Below are positions 8,941 through 18,936 of a stretch of 64,000 nucleotides of DNA, piece by piece. The position numbers and the translations under genes are program-made. The stretch is from Parcubacteria bacterium C7867-001. Lineage in GTDB: Bacteria; Patescibacteriota; Minisyncoccia; Phycocordibacterales; Phycocordibacteraceae. Position 1 is the stretch's first letter. Every line of letters starts with the position of its first letter. Location: assembly GCA_001189095.1 (NCBI GenBank), contig LFCK01000002.1:214320-278319 (forward strand). Reading direction: 5' to 3'. Below the pieces are notes generated by a model that saw only the letters and a list, made by a program, of their open reading frames with translations, was not told the origin of the DNA and did no database searches.

Positions 8941-10798
8941 CTACACACTCGGCGGAAAGAAGCTGATGCTTCGTCCGAACGATGCGGTGGGGAAAGGAGG
9001 AGAGGCCGACGTCTTCATTGAGGACGGACGTGCTATCAAAATCTACAAGCCACCGAACCATCCAGATCTTGCGGGCGATGCAGCGGCGCAAGCTGCTGCA
9101 AAAGACCGCATCAATGAGCACCAACGGAAGCTTCCCGCGTTCCCGCGCGGACTTCCGGGACACGTCATCGTTCCCGAAGCGCTGGTACTCGACGTTCAGG
9201 GACGTATCGCTGGATACGCAATGAAGCCTCTCATCGGGGCGGAAGTGCTGTATCGCTACGGCGAACGTTCCTTTCGCGAAGCAGGTGCTTCTGACGAAAC
9301 AGCTGTGGCGGTGCTTGCTGACCTCCGGCAAACGGTGGAAGGCGTGCATCGCGCGAATGTCGTTGTCGGAGACTTCAACGATCTTAACGTTCTTGCGAAG
9401 GGCCGCGAGGCTTTTCTCATCGACGCTGACAGCATGCAATTCGGACCGTTCTATACGCATGTGTTCACGACTCGTTTCGTGGATCCGCTCGTGTGCGATC
9501 CGAGAGCGAAGGCGCTCATCATGAAAGAGCCGCACAATCGGAATTCTGATTGGTACGCCTACGCCATCATGCTGATGCAATGTCTCTTGTATGTCGGGCC
9601 GTATGGCGGTGTGTATGCACCCAAAGACCCGGCCAAGCGACTGCCGCACGATTTGCGACCACTGCGGCGAGTTACGGTGTTCGACCCTGAGGTCAAATAT
9701 CCGAAACCCGCTCGACACTTCCGTATCCTTCCTGACGATTTGCTCAATCACTTCGAGCAGACGTTTGTGAAAGATAAGCGCGGAGCCCCGGATGCGCGTC
9801 TCGTTGAGAACCTTCGGTTCACGACGTGCGCGAAATGCGGGACGACTCACGCACGGGCAGTGTGCCCGTCGTGCGTGCATGTGACGCCACCAATGCAGAA
9901 AGAGATTCACAAAGGAGCCATTTCGGCTTTCAAAGAATTCTCAACTGCTGGCGTTATCCTGCATGCGACACTTGAACACGACACGCTCCGCCTCGTTTAT
10001 CACGAAGCGGGGAAGTATCTGCGGGAAGGCGGGAACGAGTTTGCCCAAGGCACACTCGACCCACATTTCCGCTACCGCGTAAGCGGCGAAAAGACGCTCA
10101 TGGGCCGCGGCAATCACGCTATCGTCTTTGATGGCGACCGCCGCGACCAACTTGTGGTCGATGCCTACGGATTATTGCCACTGTTTGACGCGAATGCGAA
10201 GAATACGTTCTTCGTACGCGACGGCGGATTGTGGCGAATTGGAACGCTCGGGGCTGAATATCCCGACCGTTTCGGCGATGTCCTTCCGGGCCAGACACTG
10301 TTCTGGTGCGGAGACACGCACGGGTTTGGTTTGTATCGCGCGGGGGAGCTTACACGCTACTTCGTATTCGGTACGGGCCAGCCTGGCATCAATGATTCAA
10401 TCAAGCTTCCTCCCATTCGGGGGAAGCTCGTCGACGCACTCTGTGTGTTCGGCGAGGATCGGTTGTGGTTTTTTGTTTCGACCGCGAATAACGGTCGGAC
10501 GGAAAATCACTGCTATGTCCTTGATTATCGCGGCACGCTTCTTGCGGAGACTCAAGCTGAGGCCGGAGACGGCAGCTGGCTTGGGACGCTCCGCGGAAAA
10601 TGTGCCGCAAAGGGATTCCTACTCTCATCTACGGATGATGGTGTCGTGCGGATTGAATCCGCAAACGGCACCGTTAGCGTGGTGAAGGAATTCCCGGCTA
10701 CAGCGGAATTCGTCGACGCTGAAACGAAATTGCTCTTGGGAAACCGAGGGCTCTATGCGGTCCAGCGTGGCGATGTTTGGAGGTTGGTCCTCAAATAG
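8933..10798 (+). CDS. Ser/Thr protein kinase (TerY-P/YegI-like) with Zn-ribbon and C-terminal beta-rich domain
   Basis: VGKGGEADV, AIKIY, VVVGDFNDLNVL, IDADS; CAKC-x8-CPSC; SD AAGGAGG; overlaps PP2C stop. Confidence 0.88.
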   Translation: MPNYTLGGKKLMLRPNDAVGKGGEADVFIEDGRAIKIYKPPNHPDLAGDAAAQAAAKDRINEHQRKLPAFPRGLPGHVIVPEALVLDVQGRIAGYAMKPLIGAEVLYRYGERSFREAGASDETAVAVLADLRQTVEGVHRANVVVGDFNDLNVLAKGREAFLIDADSMQFGPFYTHVFTTRFVDPLVCDPRAKALIMKEPHNRNSDWYAYAIMLMQCLLYVGPYGGVYAPKDPAKRLPHDLRPLRRVTVFDPEVKYPKPARHFRILPDDLLNHFEQTFVKDKRGAPDARLVENLRFTTCAKCGTTHARAVCPSCVHVTPPMQKEIHKGAISAFKEFSTAGVILHATLEHDTLRLVYHEAGKYLREGGNEFAQGTLDPHFRYRVSGEKTLMGRGNHAIVFDGDRRDQLVVDAYGLLPLFDANAKNTFFVRDGGLWRIGTLGAEYPDRFGDVLPGQTLFWCGDTHGFGLYRAGELTRYFVFGTGQPGINDSIKLPPIRGKLVDALCVFGEDRLWFFVSTANNGRTENHCYVLDYRGTLLAETQAEAGDGSWLGTLRGKCAAKGFLLSSTDDGVVRIESANGTVSVVKEFPATAEFVDAETKLLLGNRGLYAVQRGDVWRLVLK

Positions 10799-10827
10799 GT
10801 TGAGGACAAAAACAAAGGAGAAGTACC

Positions 10828-11913
10828 ATGGCTCAGATAGCCACAGCACTACCGGTTCCAAAGCTCTTCAATGCGAAGAACGCCGGGGTGTGGTCGTACC
10901 GACCTGACCAGCGCGCGGTGTTCAACACCGCGAACGACTGGAAAAGGCAATACCAACTCAAGGCGTCGGGACTCGATGTCTTGAAGGTCATGCTCCTGCT
11001 GATCGACCTGCAGAAGGATTTCTGCTTTCCGGAAGGTTCGCTCTTCGTGGGCGGCCGTTCGGGACGTGGAGCTATCGATGACTCGGCGCGCATCGCTGAG
11101 TTCATCTACCGGAACCTGAATATGCTAACGAGCATCGCAACGACGCTCGATACGCACTTCGCGTACCAGTGCTTCTTCCCGTCGTTCTGGAACGATGAGA
11201 GCGGTCAGCCGCTCCAACCGTTCGACGTCATCATGGGAAATCTCGACATCATGCGCGCCGGCGTGTGCGTGGGGAAGGCTTCGGTCAACCCCTCCGCAGC
11301 CAGCGTCGTCGCTCATGGCGACTACGTCACGCTGCAAAAGCAGATGGCGTACTACTGTCAGGAGCTCGACAAGGGCGGCAAGTACAACCTGATTATTTGG
11401 CCCGAGCATTGCTTGCTCGGATCCGACGGTCACGTTCTTGCCGGCGTCATTCACGAAGCTCGTCTCTTCCACGCCTATGCGCGTGCGTCGCAATCGCTTT
11501 CGGAAATTAAGGGCGGAAGCCCGTACTCCGAGAACTATTCGGTGCTTCGTCCAGAAGTGATGACCACGTTCGACGGACAACCGTTACCGGGTGTCCAGAA
11601 GAACGTGAAGTTCATCAAGACGCTGCTCGCGTACGACCGCGTCATTATCGCGGGTCAGGCAGGCAGTCACTGCCTCAAGAGCTCGACCGAGGACTTCCTC
11701 GAAGAGATCTTGATTCAGGACAAGTCGCTCGCCCGGAAGGTCTATGTGCTTGCGGACTGCACGTCCGCGGTTACGGTTCCTGATGGCAGCGGCGGATTCA
11801 TCGTCGACAACACGCCGAACATGGAAGCTGCGTTCGCGCAGTTTGCCAATGCCGGCATGAACATCGTGAAGTCCACCACTCCGATTCAGGACTGGCCGGG
11901 CTTTATGCACTAA
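10828..11913 (+). CDS. Nicotinamidase-like cysteine hydrolase (isochorismatase/PncA family, long form)
   Basis: LLLIDLQKDFC, TLDTH, WPEHC..GSDG, EIKG, AGQAGSHC; SD AAAGGAG. Confidence 0.85.
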   Translation: MAQIATALPVPKLFNAKNAGVWSYRPDQRAVFNTANDWKRQYQLKASGLDVLKVMLLLIDLQKDFCFPEGSLFVGGRSGRGAIDDSARIAEFIYRNLNMLTSIATTLDTHFAYQCFFPSFWNDESGQPLQPFDVIMGNLDIMRAGVCVGKASVNPSAASVVAHGDYVTLQKQMAYYCQELDKGGKYNLIIWPEHCLLGSDGHVLAGVIHEARLFHAYARASQSLSEIKGGSPYSENYSVLRPEVMTTFDGQPLPGVQKNVKFIKTLLAYDRVIIAGQAGSHCLKSSTEDFLEEILIQDKSLARKVYVLADCTSAVTVPDGSGGFIVDNTPNMEAAFAQFANAGMNIVKSTTPIQDWPGFMH

Positions 11914-11979
11914 GACGGGTTTACTCGCATGGCGGAATGGTTCCGTCATGCGAGCGCCCACTCGCAAGGAGGACTCACC

Positions 11980-12819
11980 ATGAGTTCAGCTGACGTAAGT
12001 GCACTCTTTAGTGCAGCGCATCAAGACGGCACACTCTCGAAAGGAGCGCTCGCCGTTCTCGATGCTGAAGATCTCGGCGCCGTGATCAATCAAGGTCTCG
12101 GAATCACTCCGGACCAAGTATCCGCGACCGATATTCAGCTCATTATCGGGAATATCGACGACTCGAGTTCAATCGCGTCGTGCGGCAACGAGCAGCCGAT
12201 GCGGGACGGATACAATCTTGTCTACGACTCGCTGCTCGGAACCAAGCAAAAGGGCGGCATCCTGATGGCGGCCAATCTCTTCAATCGAGGCCTTTTACAC
12301 GGCTTCGATACATTGGAGAACGCTGTTCGTCTCGACGCACGCAACTACAATCCTTCGGGCGGTACGCCGCTCTATGATTCGACGGCGGTTGTCCTTGGGC
12401 TTGCCGCTGCCAAACGGCAGCAGTTCAGCGACAACGGCGTCCCGGCTCGTGCGATCGTTCCGATTTACACGGACGGCGCCGATGTCGGCTCGCGCATGCG
12501 TGCATCCGATATCGAAATCATCGTTCGCGACCTTCTCCAGACGGAGCAGTTCATCGTGATCGGCGTCGGCATCGATGACAGCACGAAGGACCACCAAGGA
12601 AACGTGATCCGCAAGGGTACCGATTTCAAGGCGGTCTTCCAGAGCATGGGCATCCAGGATCGCTGGATCCTGACGCCAGGCAACTCGCCGAGCGAGATTC
12701 GTGGCGCGTTCGCCATGGTGTCTCAATCGGTGTCGCTTGCCAGTCAGAACGCTGGCTCTTTCAGCAAAGGCGTGAAGGGCGGCTTCAGCCAAGGTGCGAT
12801 GGGTGGGTTCGGAGCGTAA
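11980..12819 (+). CDS. von Willebrand factor A (TerY-like) domain protein
   Basis: MIDAS-like DDSSS, GGTPLYD, YTDG; Gly-rich tail; SD AAGGAGG. Confidence 0.82.
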   Translation: MSSADVSALFSAAHQDGTLSKGALAVLDAEDLGAVINQGLGITPDQVSATDIQLIIGNIDDSSSIASCGNEQPMRDGYNLVYDSLLGTKQKGGILMAANLFNRGLLHGFDTLENAVRLDARNYNPSGGTPLYDSTAVVLGLAAAKRQQFSDNGVPARAIVPIYTDGADVGSRMRASDIEIIVRDLLQTEQFIVIGVGIDDSTKDHQGNVIRKGTDFKAVFQSMGIQDRWILTPGNSPSEIRGAFAMVSQSVSLASQNAGSFSKGVKGGFSQGAMGGFGA

Positions 12820-12976
12820 GCTCTAGAACTCAGGGTCCAGTTCTTTACGTACGGGTGCGAAGGAGGCAGTGCCTCCTTCGCTACTCGCTTCGAGATTCCT
12901 TCGGGAATCTCCTTTATAGGGTGTTTGAGCACACGCTCGAACGTCCTAAAAGGAAAACAGTTCTTTGGAGAAGAAT

Positions 12977-13930
12977 ATGGTTTCAATTCTCGATTGCTAC
13001 AAAGGCTCGCTCGTCGGCGTGTTGTGCGGCGACGCCCTTGGCGCGCCGTACGAAACATGGACTGAAGATCGCATTCTTGCGGATATTAACAGTCGAGGAG
13101 GACTTGTCCTCTTCGACTACGACGATCCGTGGGGCAAGGACGGCCGGTTTCCGGCAGGTCGGCCCACCGACGATTCGGAAATGACCGCTGCGCTCGCCGA
13201 GTACCTCGTACACGGCGGCGGTCCGGAAAAGCTCTATGCGCTCTTCCGGAAATGCGTTATCGACAAGAAAAGCTTTCTCTGCGACCTTCCGGCCTATGGT
13301 TTCGGTGGCACGACGCGTAACGCGCTCGCGCAGCCTACCTATCTAGAAGCGCTTGCGAATCCCGATCCGAACGATCCGATTCCGAGTAACGGCAGTCTGA
13401 TGCGAGCGGCGCCGATCGCGCTCCTCGTACGCGGCCAGCCAGTTCTCGTGCGTGAACTTGCCGAAATGCAAGCGCTCATGACACATCGGCATCCGGAAGC
13501 TATCGCTGCGACCGTTGCGTACTCGCTCATCTTGGATCATGTCCTCGATGGCTTCACGTACAAAACGGCTGTGAAGAAAACACTCGAACTCATTCCGCTT
13601 AACGACGGCTACGAGCGCATTGCGAAAGTGCTGCTCCGAGGAAAACCGAAGAAGCCGCAACCGCCGACCCATAAATTTCGTGGCGGCGCGGTGTACTCGC
13701 TTCGTGTCGTCCACTGGGCGGTGTCGACGAGCTCCTCCTTTGAGGAGGGAATCTTCAAAGCAGTTACTATTGGTGGCGACACCGATACGTATGCTGCAAT
13801 TGCGGGCGGAATGCTCGGCGCCATGTACGGCGTCCATGCGATTCCGGAAAAATGGAGCTCAGGACTTCTGGGCCGCGCGCGTATGTGCGAGCTTGCAGCA
13901 AAACTCTGTGAGCTGAACGTTCGAAGGTAG
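12977..13930 (+). CDS. ADP-ribosylglycohydrolase (DraG/ARH family)
   Basis: GDALGAP, PTDDSEM, SNGSLMR, THRHP, GGDTDT..AIAG. Confidence 0.93.
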   Translation: MVSILDCYKGSLVGVLCGDALGAPYETWTEDRILADINSRGGLVLFDYDDPWGKDGRFPAGRPTDDSEMTAALAEYLVHGGGPEKLYALFRKCVIDKKSFLCDLPAYGFGGTTRNALAQPTYLEALANPDPNDPIPSNGSLMRAAPIALLVRGQPVLVRELAEMQALMTHRHPEAIAATVAYSLILDHVLDGFTYKTAVKKTLELIPLNDGYERIAKVLLRGKPKKPQPPTHKFRGGAVYSLRVVHWAVSTSSSFEEGIFKAVTIGGDTDTYAAIAGGMLGAMYGVHAIPEKWSSGLLGRARMCELAAKLCELNVRR

Positions 13931-14086
13931 CGTAAGGAAAGGGTGCCGCGCTTCGCGCGGCACCCCAACCTACTGAGAAATTGAAACCATCTTTTATGGA
14001 GCGCCTGAATTTAGGTTCAGACGTTCCTAGAAGATTTGTTCTTTGAGAATTCGAACATCAAAGAGTCTCAAGAAAAGGAGAAAGCA

Positions 14087-15937
14087 ATGACAAATCTCAC
14101 GGGACGGGTGGTTATCGCCCAAATGAATCCTGAACCTGCGAATATTCGCGCGAATCTTCACTGGATCCTCTTCTTCATCGAAGAGGCGAAGGCGAAGGGC
14201 GCGGACCTCGTCATTTTCCCTGAACTCGCGGTGTCGGGGTACCTCCTCGGCGATCGTTGGGAAAATGACGCGTTCATTCGCGAGCTTGAACGAGCAAATG
14301 AGCACATTCGGATGGCGAGCAAAGACATTGCCGTTATCTGGGGCTCTGTGAAGGCCGACTGGGAAAAAATCGGTGAAGACGGCCGCGTACGCAAGTACAA
14401 CGCTGCGTTTGTCGCGCAGAACGGCGAATGGGTTTCCAACAGCGTTTTGCGCGGCTGGATCCCAAAAACCAATCTGCCGAAGTACCGTATCTTCGACGAT
14501 GCGCGTCACTTCTATCCCGCAGCGAATCTCGCGCGCGACATGGACCTCGACCTCTCGTACCTCCTCCAACCGTTCTTCCTCATGCTCGGGGATGACCCGA
14601 CGCGTGTCGGTCTGACGGTCTGCGAGGACCTCTGGGAAGACGAGTACTCAACGAAACCATCACGCATTTACGGCGCGCACGGCGTCGATCTCTTGATCGA
14701 CATCTCATGTTCGCCGTGGACCGCGGACAAGTGGCGTGCGCGCGAGCGCATGTTGCGGAGTCGCGTCATGGACTCGGGCGTACCGATCATCTACGTGAAT
14801 TCGTTCGGTCTTCAGAACAACGGCAAGAACCTTGTCTGGTTCGACGGCGACTCTGCCATCATCGATCAGAGCGGGAACTTCGTGTGGCGTGCGCCGCAGC
14901 ACAAGGGCTGCATCATGCCGCTCGATCTCAGTAGGCTCAACGAGCCGCTCCCTGAACGCAAGTCGATGGGCATCAAGGAAATCCACGATGCCATCATCGC
15001 TTCCGTGCGCGAGTTCTTCGCGCCGTTCAAGAAGGTCGTCATCGGCCTTTCAGGCGGTATCGATTCGGCGGTTTCCGCAGCACTCATCGCGCGCGCCATC
15101 GGCTCGCACATGGTACTCGCAGTCAACATGCCGACCGAGTTCAACTCGGCAACGACGAAGAATCTCGCGCAGCAATGCGCGGAGAATCTCAAGGTTGAGT
15201 ACAAGGTCGTGCCGATTCAAGGGCTCTATGAAGTGCATCTTGCGATGCTCGCAAGCGCGGGCGTCAAGAATCCCTCGACGCTCGTGAAGGAGAATATCCA
15301 AGCGAGAATCCGTGGCGGTTCCGTGCAAGCTGCGCTCGCGGCGGCGCATAATGGCGTCTTCGTGTGTAACGGCAATAAGACTGAGATGGCGCTCAACTAC
15401 TTCACCCTCTACGGTGATGGTGCGGGCGCCGCAGCCTTCCTCGCCGACCTTTGGAAAGGGCAGGTGTACGAGCTCGCTCGCTACCTGAACGAAACTGAAG
15501 GTCGCGAGCTGATTCCGGAAGGAATCATGACCATCGTCCCATCTGCAGAACTTTCTGCGGATCAGGCAGTCGACGAAGGGAAGGGGGATCCTATCTTCTT
15601 CCCATACCACGACAAGCTCCTGCGCGCCTTCACCGAATGGCGCTGGGATCCGACGACGGTTATGATTGCTGCGCTCGAAGGCACGCTCGAAGGAGAGCTT
15701 GGCTGCGAGCCAGGAACGATTACGAAGTACTTCAAGACTCCGAAAGAGTTTGTGGAGAATCTCGAATGGGCGTGGCGTCAGTACAGCATGGAGTACAAAC
15801 GCGTGCAGACGCCGCCGGTGCTGCTTACCTCGCGTCGAGCTTTCGGGTTCGACCGCCGCGACACCATTGCGGACGGGTACCTCACCGAGGAGTTCTTCTC
15901 CTACAAGGATTTGCTCCTCGACCGTGAACTCGCCTGA
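14087..15937 (+). CDS. nadE: Glutamine-dependent NAD+ synthetase
   Basis: Nitrilase domain FPELAVSGY, KTNLP.Y.IFDD.RHF, VCEDLW; synthetase domain GLSGGIDS, ENIQAR, NKTE, PSAEL. Confidence 0.95.
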   Translation: MTNLTGRVVIAQMNPEPANIRANLHWILFFIEEAKAKGADLVIFPELAVSGYLLGDRWENDAFIRELERANEHIRMASKDIAVIWGSVKADWEKIGEDGRVRKYNAAFVAQNGEWVSNSVLRGWIPKTNLPKYRIFDDARHFYPAANLARDMDLDLSYLLQPFFLMLGDDPTRVGLTVCEDLWEDEYSTKPSRIYGAHGVDLLIDISCSPWTADKWRARERMLRSRVMDSGVPIIYVNSFGLQNNGKNLVWFDGDSAIIDQSGNFVWRAPQHKGCIMPLDLSRLNEPLPERKSMGIKEIHDAIIASVREFFAPFKKVVIGLSGGIDSAVSAALIARAIGSHMVLAVNMPTEFNSATTKNLAQQCAENLKVEYKVVPIQGLYEVHLAMLASAGVKNPSTLVKENIQARIRGGSVQAALAAAHNGVFVCNGNKTEMALNYFTLYGDGAGAAAFLADLWKGQVYELARYLNETEGRELIPEGIMTIVPSAELSADQAVDEGKGDPIFFPYHDKLLRAFTEWRWDPTTVMIAALEGTLEGELGCEPGTITKYFKTPKEFVENLEWAWRQYSMEYKRVQTPPVLLTSRRAFGFDRRDTIADGYLTEEFFSYKDLLLDRELA

Positions 15938-15946
15938 TGTTCGACT

Positions 15947-15977
15947 CCGTGAGGAAGCGCGAAGCGCTTCCTCACGG
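15947..15977 (+). terminator. Hairpin between nadE and pncB
   Basis: CCGTGAGGAAGCGC-GAA-GCGCTTCCTCACGG followed by a short T-run. Confidence 0.5.
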
Positions 15978-16085
15978 GTCCTTTTCCAAAGGAAAAGGAT
16001 TTCGTATGGGGCGCCGAAACGAATTGTTTCGACGTCGCTACGGAAAAAAGTTCTTTGCAACCAACAACAGAGAAAGGGCATACCT

Positions 16086-17444
16086 ATGGCTCAACTCGTC
16101 GACGATTGCATTAGGCAATCGGAGGGTGGCGACTGGATCATCCAGTCTTTGCTCGACACCGACTTCTACAAGTTCACGATGGACTATTTCATTCATACGC
16201 TCCATCGTGGCGTGGAGGTCGAGTTCGGCCTCATCAATCGCAATCCGCGCATTCCGCTCGCCAAGATCATTGACGAGAGGGAACTGCGCCGGCAACTCGA
16301 TCATGTGATGACGCTTTCGCTCAGCGAAGATGAACTCGCGTTCATTCGCCGGCAGAACGTCTTCAGCAAACAGGCCTCCACTGAGAAATACATGGAGTTC
16401 CTGAAGCAGCTGCGTCTTACGACGTACACGCTCAAGCGTGTCGGCGACCAATACGAACTTCGGTTCAAGGCGCCGTGGGAAACGGTTACGTTCTGGGAAA
16501 TCGCCTCAATGGCGATCATCTCCGAACTTCTGTACATCGCGCTTATGCGCTCGATGACAAAAGCGGATCGGGTCCTGTTCTTCGATAACGCCGTGCGTCG
16601 TCTCCAAACGATGCTCGAGCAAATCAAGACGCGTCCTTGGGTACAGATGGCTGAATTCGGCACCCGCCGCAGATTCAGTCGCTCATGGCACAACGTCGCG
16701 ATAGAGATGTTCGCCGAAACACTCGGCACGCAGCTCATCGGCACCAGCAATGCGCTCTTGGTGCTCAACCATAATTTGCAACCGGTTGGGACCAACGCGC
16801 ACGAACTTCCGATGGTGCTTACTGCTATCGCGCCGACGGATGAAGAAAAACGCATGGCGCAGTACAGCGTGCTGCGCCAGTGGGAGCCGCTCTTCGACGA
16901 GAAACTGCGCATCACGCTTCCCGATACGTACGGAAGCGAGCAGTTCTGGAAAAATATGCCGGAAGATCTTGCGTTCCGTGTCGCTCATAACTGGAGCGGC
17001 CAACGACAGGACTCCGGCGATCCGGTCGACGAAGGGCTTCGCTATATCAACTGGCTGAAGAGCCAAGGGGTTAACGCGAAGAAAGCCCACAAGAAGGACA
17101 TGTCTTCGGACGGTCTCAATGTGCCGCTGATGTTCAAAATCAACGACGCGCTGCGTGACTTGATCGACGATCTGTACGGAATGGGTACGCACGCCTCGAA
17201 TATCGAGGGGTGCCATCCTGATCCGAATCAGCGCGCTGTTGTGAACGGCGTCGCACTTGACCTTACGAACGACGAGCTCTTCAGGGGCCACTCGATCGTA
17301 TGCAAGGTGATGTCCGCGAACGGGCAGCCGGCGGTGAAGCTCTCGAACAACGTCAACAAGGCCACCGGCCCCAAGGACGAAGTCGAGAAATACCTCCGAC
17401 TCTTCGGGCATGCCGGCATGGTCAAACAAGCCGTGCTCGTCTGA
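16086..17444 (+). CDS. pncB: Nicotinate phosphoribosyltransferase
   Basis: SLLDTDFYKFTM, EFGTRRRFS, GTSN, GTNAHE, LPDTYG, RQDSGDP, SDGL, VKLSNN. Confidence 0.95.
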   Translation: MAQLVDDCIRQSEGGDWIIQSLLDTDFYKFTMDYFIHTLHRGVEVEFGLINRNPRIPLAKIIDERELRRQLDHVMTLSLSEDELAFIRRQNVFSKQASTEKYMEFLKQLRLTTYTLKRVGDQYELRFKAPWETVTFWEIASMAIISELLYIALMRSMTKADRVLFFDNAVRRLQTMLEQIKTRPWVQMAEFGTRRRFSRSWHNVAIEMFAETLGTQLIGTSNALLVLNHNLQPVGTNAHELPMVLTAIAPTDEEKRMAQYSVLRQWEPLFDEKLRITLPDTYGSEQFWKNMPEDLAFRVAHNWSGQRQDSGDPVDEGLRYINWLKSQGVNAKKAHKKDMSSDGLNVPLMFKINDALRDLIDDLYGMGTHASNIEGCHPDPNQRAVVNGVALDLTNDELFRGHSIVCKVMSANGQPAVKLSNNVNKATGPKDEVEKYLRLFGHAGMVKQAVLV

Positions 17445-17465
17445 AGACGCTCTCTGTAAAAAATG

Positions 17466-17492
17466 ATCCCCCGAGCCAAAGGCTCGGGGGAT
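17466..17492. terminator. Bidirectional terminator between pncB and nadM-Nudix
   Basis: ATCCCCCGAGCC-AAA-GGCTCGGGGGAT with A-run before and T-run after. Confidence 0.75.
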
Positions 17493-17514
17493 TTTCTTTT
17501 TGTTTCGGAGCTAA

Positions 17515-18402
17515 TCAGCTTCCGAGAAGCATAGCCGCAAGCGGGCGATGCCACGGCACCAACCGTTCGATGAGGTCGTGTCGGTGCACCCACTCGATCG
17601 CATCTGCGTCATCGCCGCCAACGGGGTCTCCGTTGAGGTAATTCGCGCGGAAGAATCGGGTGGTGATGCCGTCAGGAGTGTCGCGATAGCGTGGGTCCTC
17701 GATCGGCTTCGAACCAACGTACGTCGGCTTCGTGATCACGATACCGAGGATCTCCTCCGTACGTTCCCGCATCGCCGTCTCCTCATCAGATTCCCCGACG
17801 TCGCCGAACCCGCCCATGAAGGAACAGAGTCCCTCGTGGCGTTTCTTCTTGATCAGAAGGAACTCGGCGTTTCTGCGCACAATCGCGAGGTCGGCGGTTC
17901 CGTACGGAATCGGATAGCGAGTTTGGGTCGCCCAGATGAGCGCTTCGCGCCCGTCGGTCGTTGTTGGCATCGTCACGCGCGAGCGTATCTCGGTCCCACT
18001 GATGTGGGGCAAGGACGCCGGAATAACATGCCGCATCAGCGTACCCGAATACACATTCAGGAAGCTGTCGCGACCGCCGTACAGTACGACGTGCGCGGTG
18101 TCTCCACCGCACAAGTTTGTGACAAGCGTATCAAGGTCGCGCGACCAGTAGGTCGGCGAAAGTGGGTGGTCGATGATTTCTTCCACCTGCGCCTCGGGAT
18201 ACACTTCGAGCACCATGTGCTTGCGTACCTCATAGGGAAGGGGGTTCTTCATCGTCGGCAAGCCGCCTGAAGAAGCGAGCAGGATGAGCAGATGCTCATG
18301 CCGATCGCGTGCATACTCGATGATTCTTCGGTGTTCTGGGTGGAGGTAGGGCACTTGGAAGCGCCCGACCACAACCCCGACCGATTTCGGTCTCGTATCC
18401 AT
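17515..18402 (-). CDS. nadM: Bifunctional NMN/NaMN adenylyltransferase - ADP-ribose pyrophosphatase (NadM-Nudix)
   Basis: VVVGRFQVPYLHPEH, KNPLPYEVR, ISGTEIR; Nudix box GGFGDVGESDEETAMRERTEE; GGDDA. Confidence 0.9.
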   Translation of the reverse strand: MDTRPKSVGVVVGRFQVPYLHPEHRRIIEYARDRHEHLLILLASSGGLPTMKNPLPYEVRKHMVLEVYPEAQVEEIIDHPLSPTYWSRDLDTLVTNLCGGDTAHVVLYGGRDSFLNVYSGTLMRHVIPASLPHISGTEIRSRVTMPTTTDGREALIWATQTRYPIPYGTADLAIVRRNAEFLLIKKKRHEGLCSFMGGFGDVGESDEETAMRERTEEILGIVITKPTYVGSKPIEDPRYRDTPDGITTRFFRANYLNGDPVGGDDADAIEWVHRHDLIERLVPWHRPLAAMLLGS

Positions 18403-18449
18403 TGGCTATTCTCCAAAGAGCTCGGCGCCGTAGGGCGCCGCAAGCTGCA

Positions 18450-18481
18450 GAAAGTATACTACACAATTAAATAAGCGTCAA
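18450..18481 (-). promoter_or_regulatory. Promoter of nadM-Nudix with possible weak NrtR site
   Basis: Minus strand TTGACG-17nt-TATACT; GT-N7-AC site GAAAGT-ATACTAC-ACAATT (18450-18468) overlaps the -10. Confidence 0.65.
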
Positions 18482-18482
18482 A

Positions 18483-18935
18483 TTATGCTCGGAGCATCGA
18501 AAGCGCTTCCTCGAGCGTGTCCACCTGCGTGATTCCATATCGTTCGCAAACGATATCGATATTTCCTTTACGCCAAAATCCTTTCGGGCAAATCATAATG
18601 AGTTTTCCGGACTCCTTTCCGAAGAGACCGAGCTCGATCATGGAAACAGGGGATTTGGTTGTTGGGTCGAGATACATGAGTATTTTCTCCGCGCGTTCGA
18701 GTCCCTCAAGTTCCCATTCCACCTGCTCGCGGAACGGGGCATTTTCCTTTTCCTGTACCCACGAGTTGTCCCAGTCATCGCGACGAGGATTGAGGATTAT
18801 CCAGTCCGTATCGGCGAGGGCGTCTTGTACCTTCTTCTGCCACTCCTCAGCCGCACCCATCTCGATGCTTCCAGCTAAGAAGAGTAGTTTCTCTGCATCG
18901 ACGGGAACCGGCTGCGGTGGCTGATAGATCTGCAT
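18483..18935 (-). CDS. Nucleoside 2-deoxyribosyltransferase-like (N-glycosidase) protein
   Basis: LFLAGSI...WQ...LNPRRDDW...QVEWE...SPVSMIELG; starts 1 nt after nrtR stop. Confidence 0.85.
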   Translation of the reverse strand: MQIYQPPQPVPVDAEKLLFLAGSIEMGAAEEWQKKVQDALADTDWIILNPRRDDWDNSWVQEKENAPFREQVEWELEGLERAEKILMYLDPTTKSPVSMIELGLFGKESGKLIMICPKGFWRKGNIDIVCERYGITQVDTLEEALSMLRA

Positions 18936-18936
18936 G

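Noticed and set aside
12918-12935. GTGT-TTGAGC-ACAC upstream of the ADP-ribosylglycohydrolase as an NrtR box
   Set aside because: The spacer is 6 nt rather than 7 and the flanks do not match the other sites.
15666-16085. N-terminal extension of pncB in the ORF track
   Set aside because: Overlaps nadE in another frame and crosses a hairpin; PncB similarity starts near 16086.
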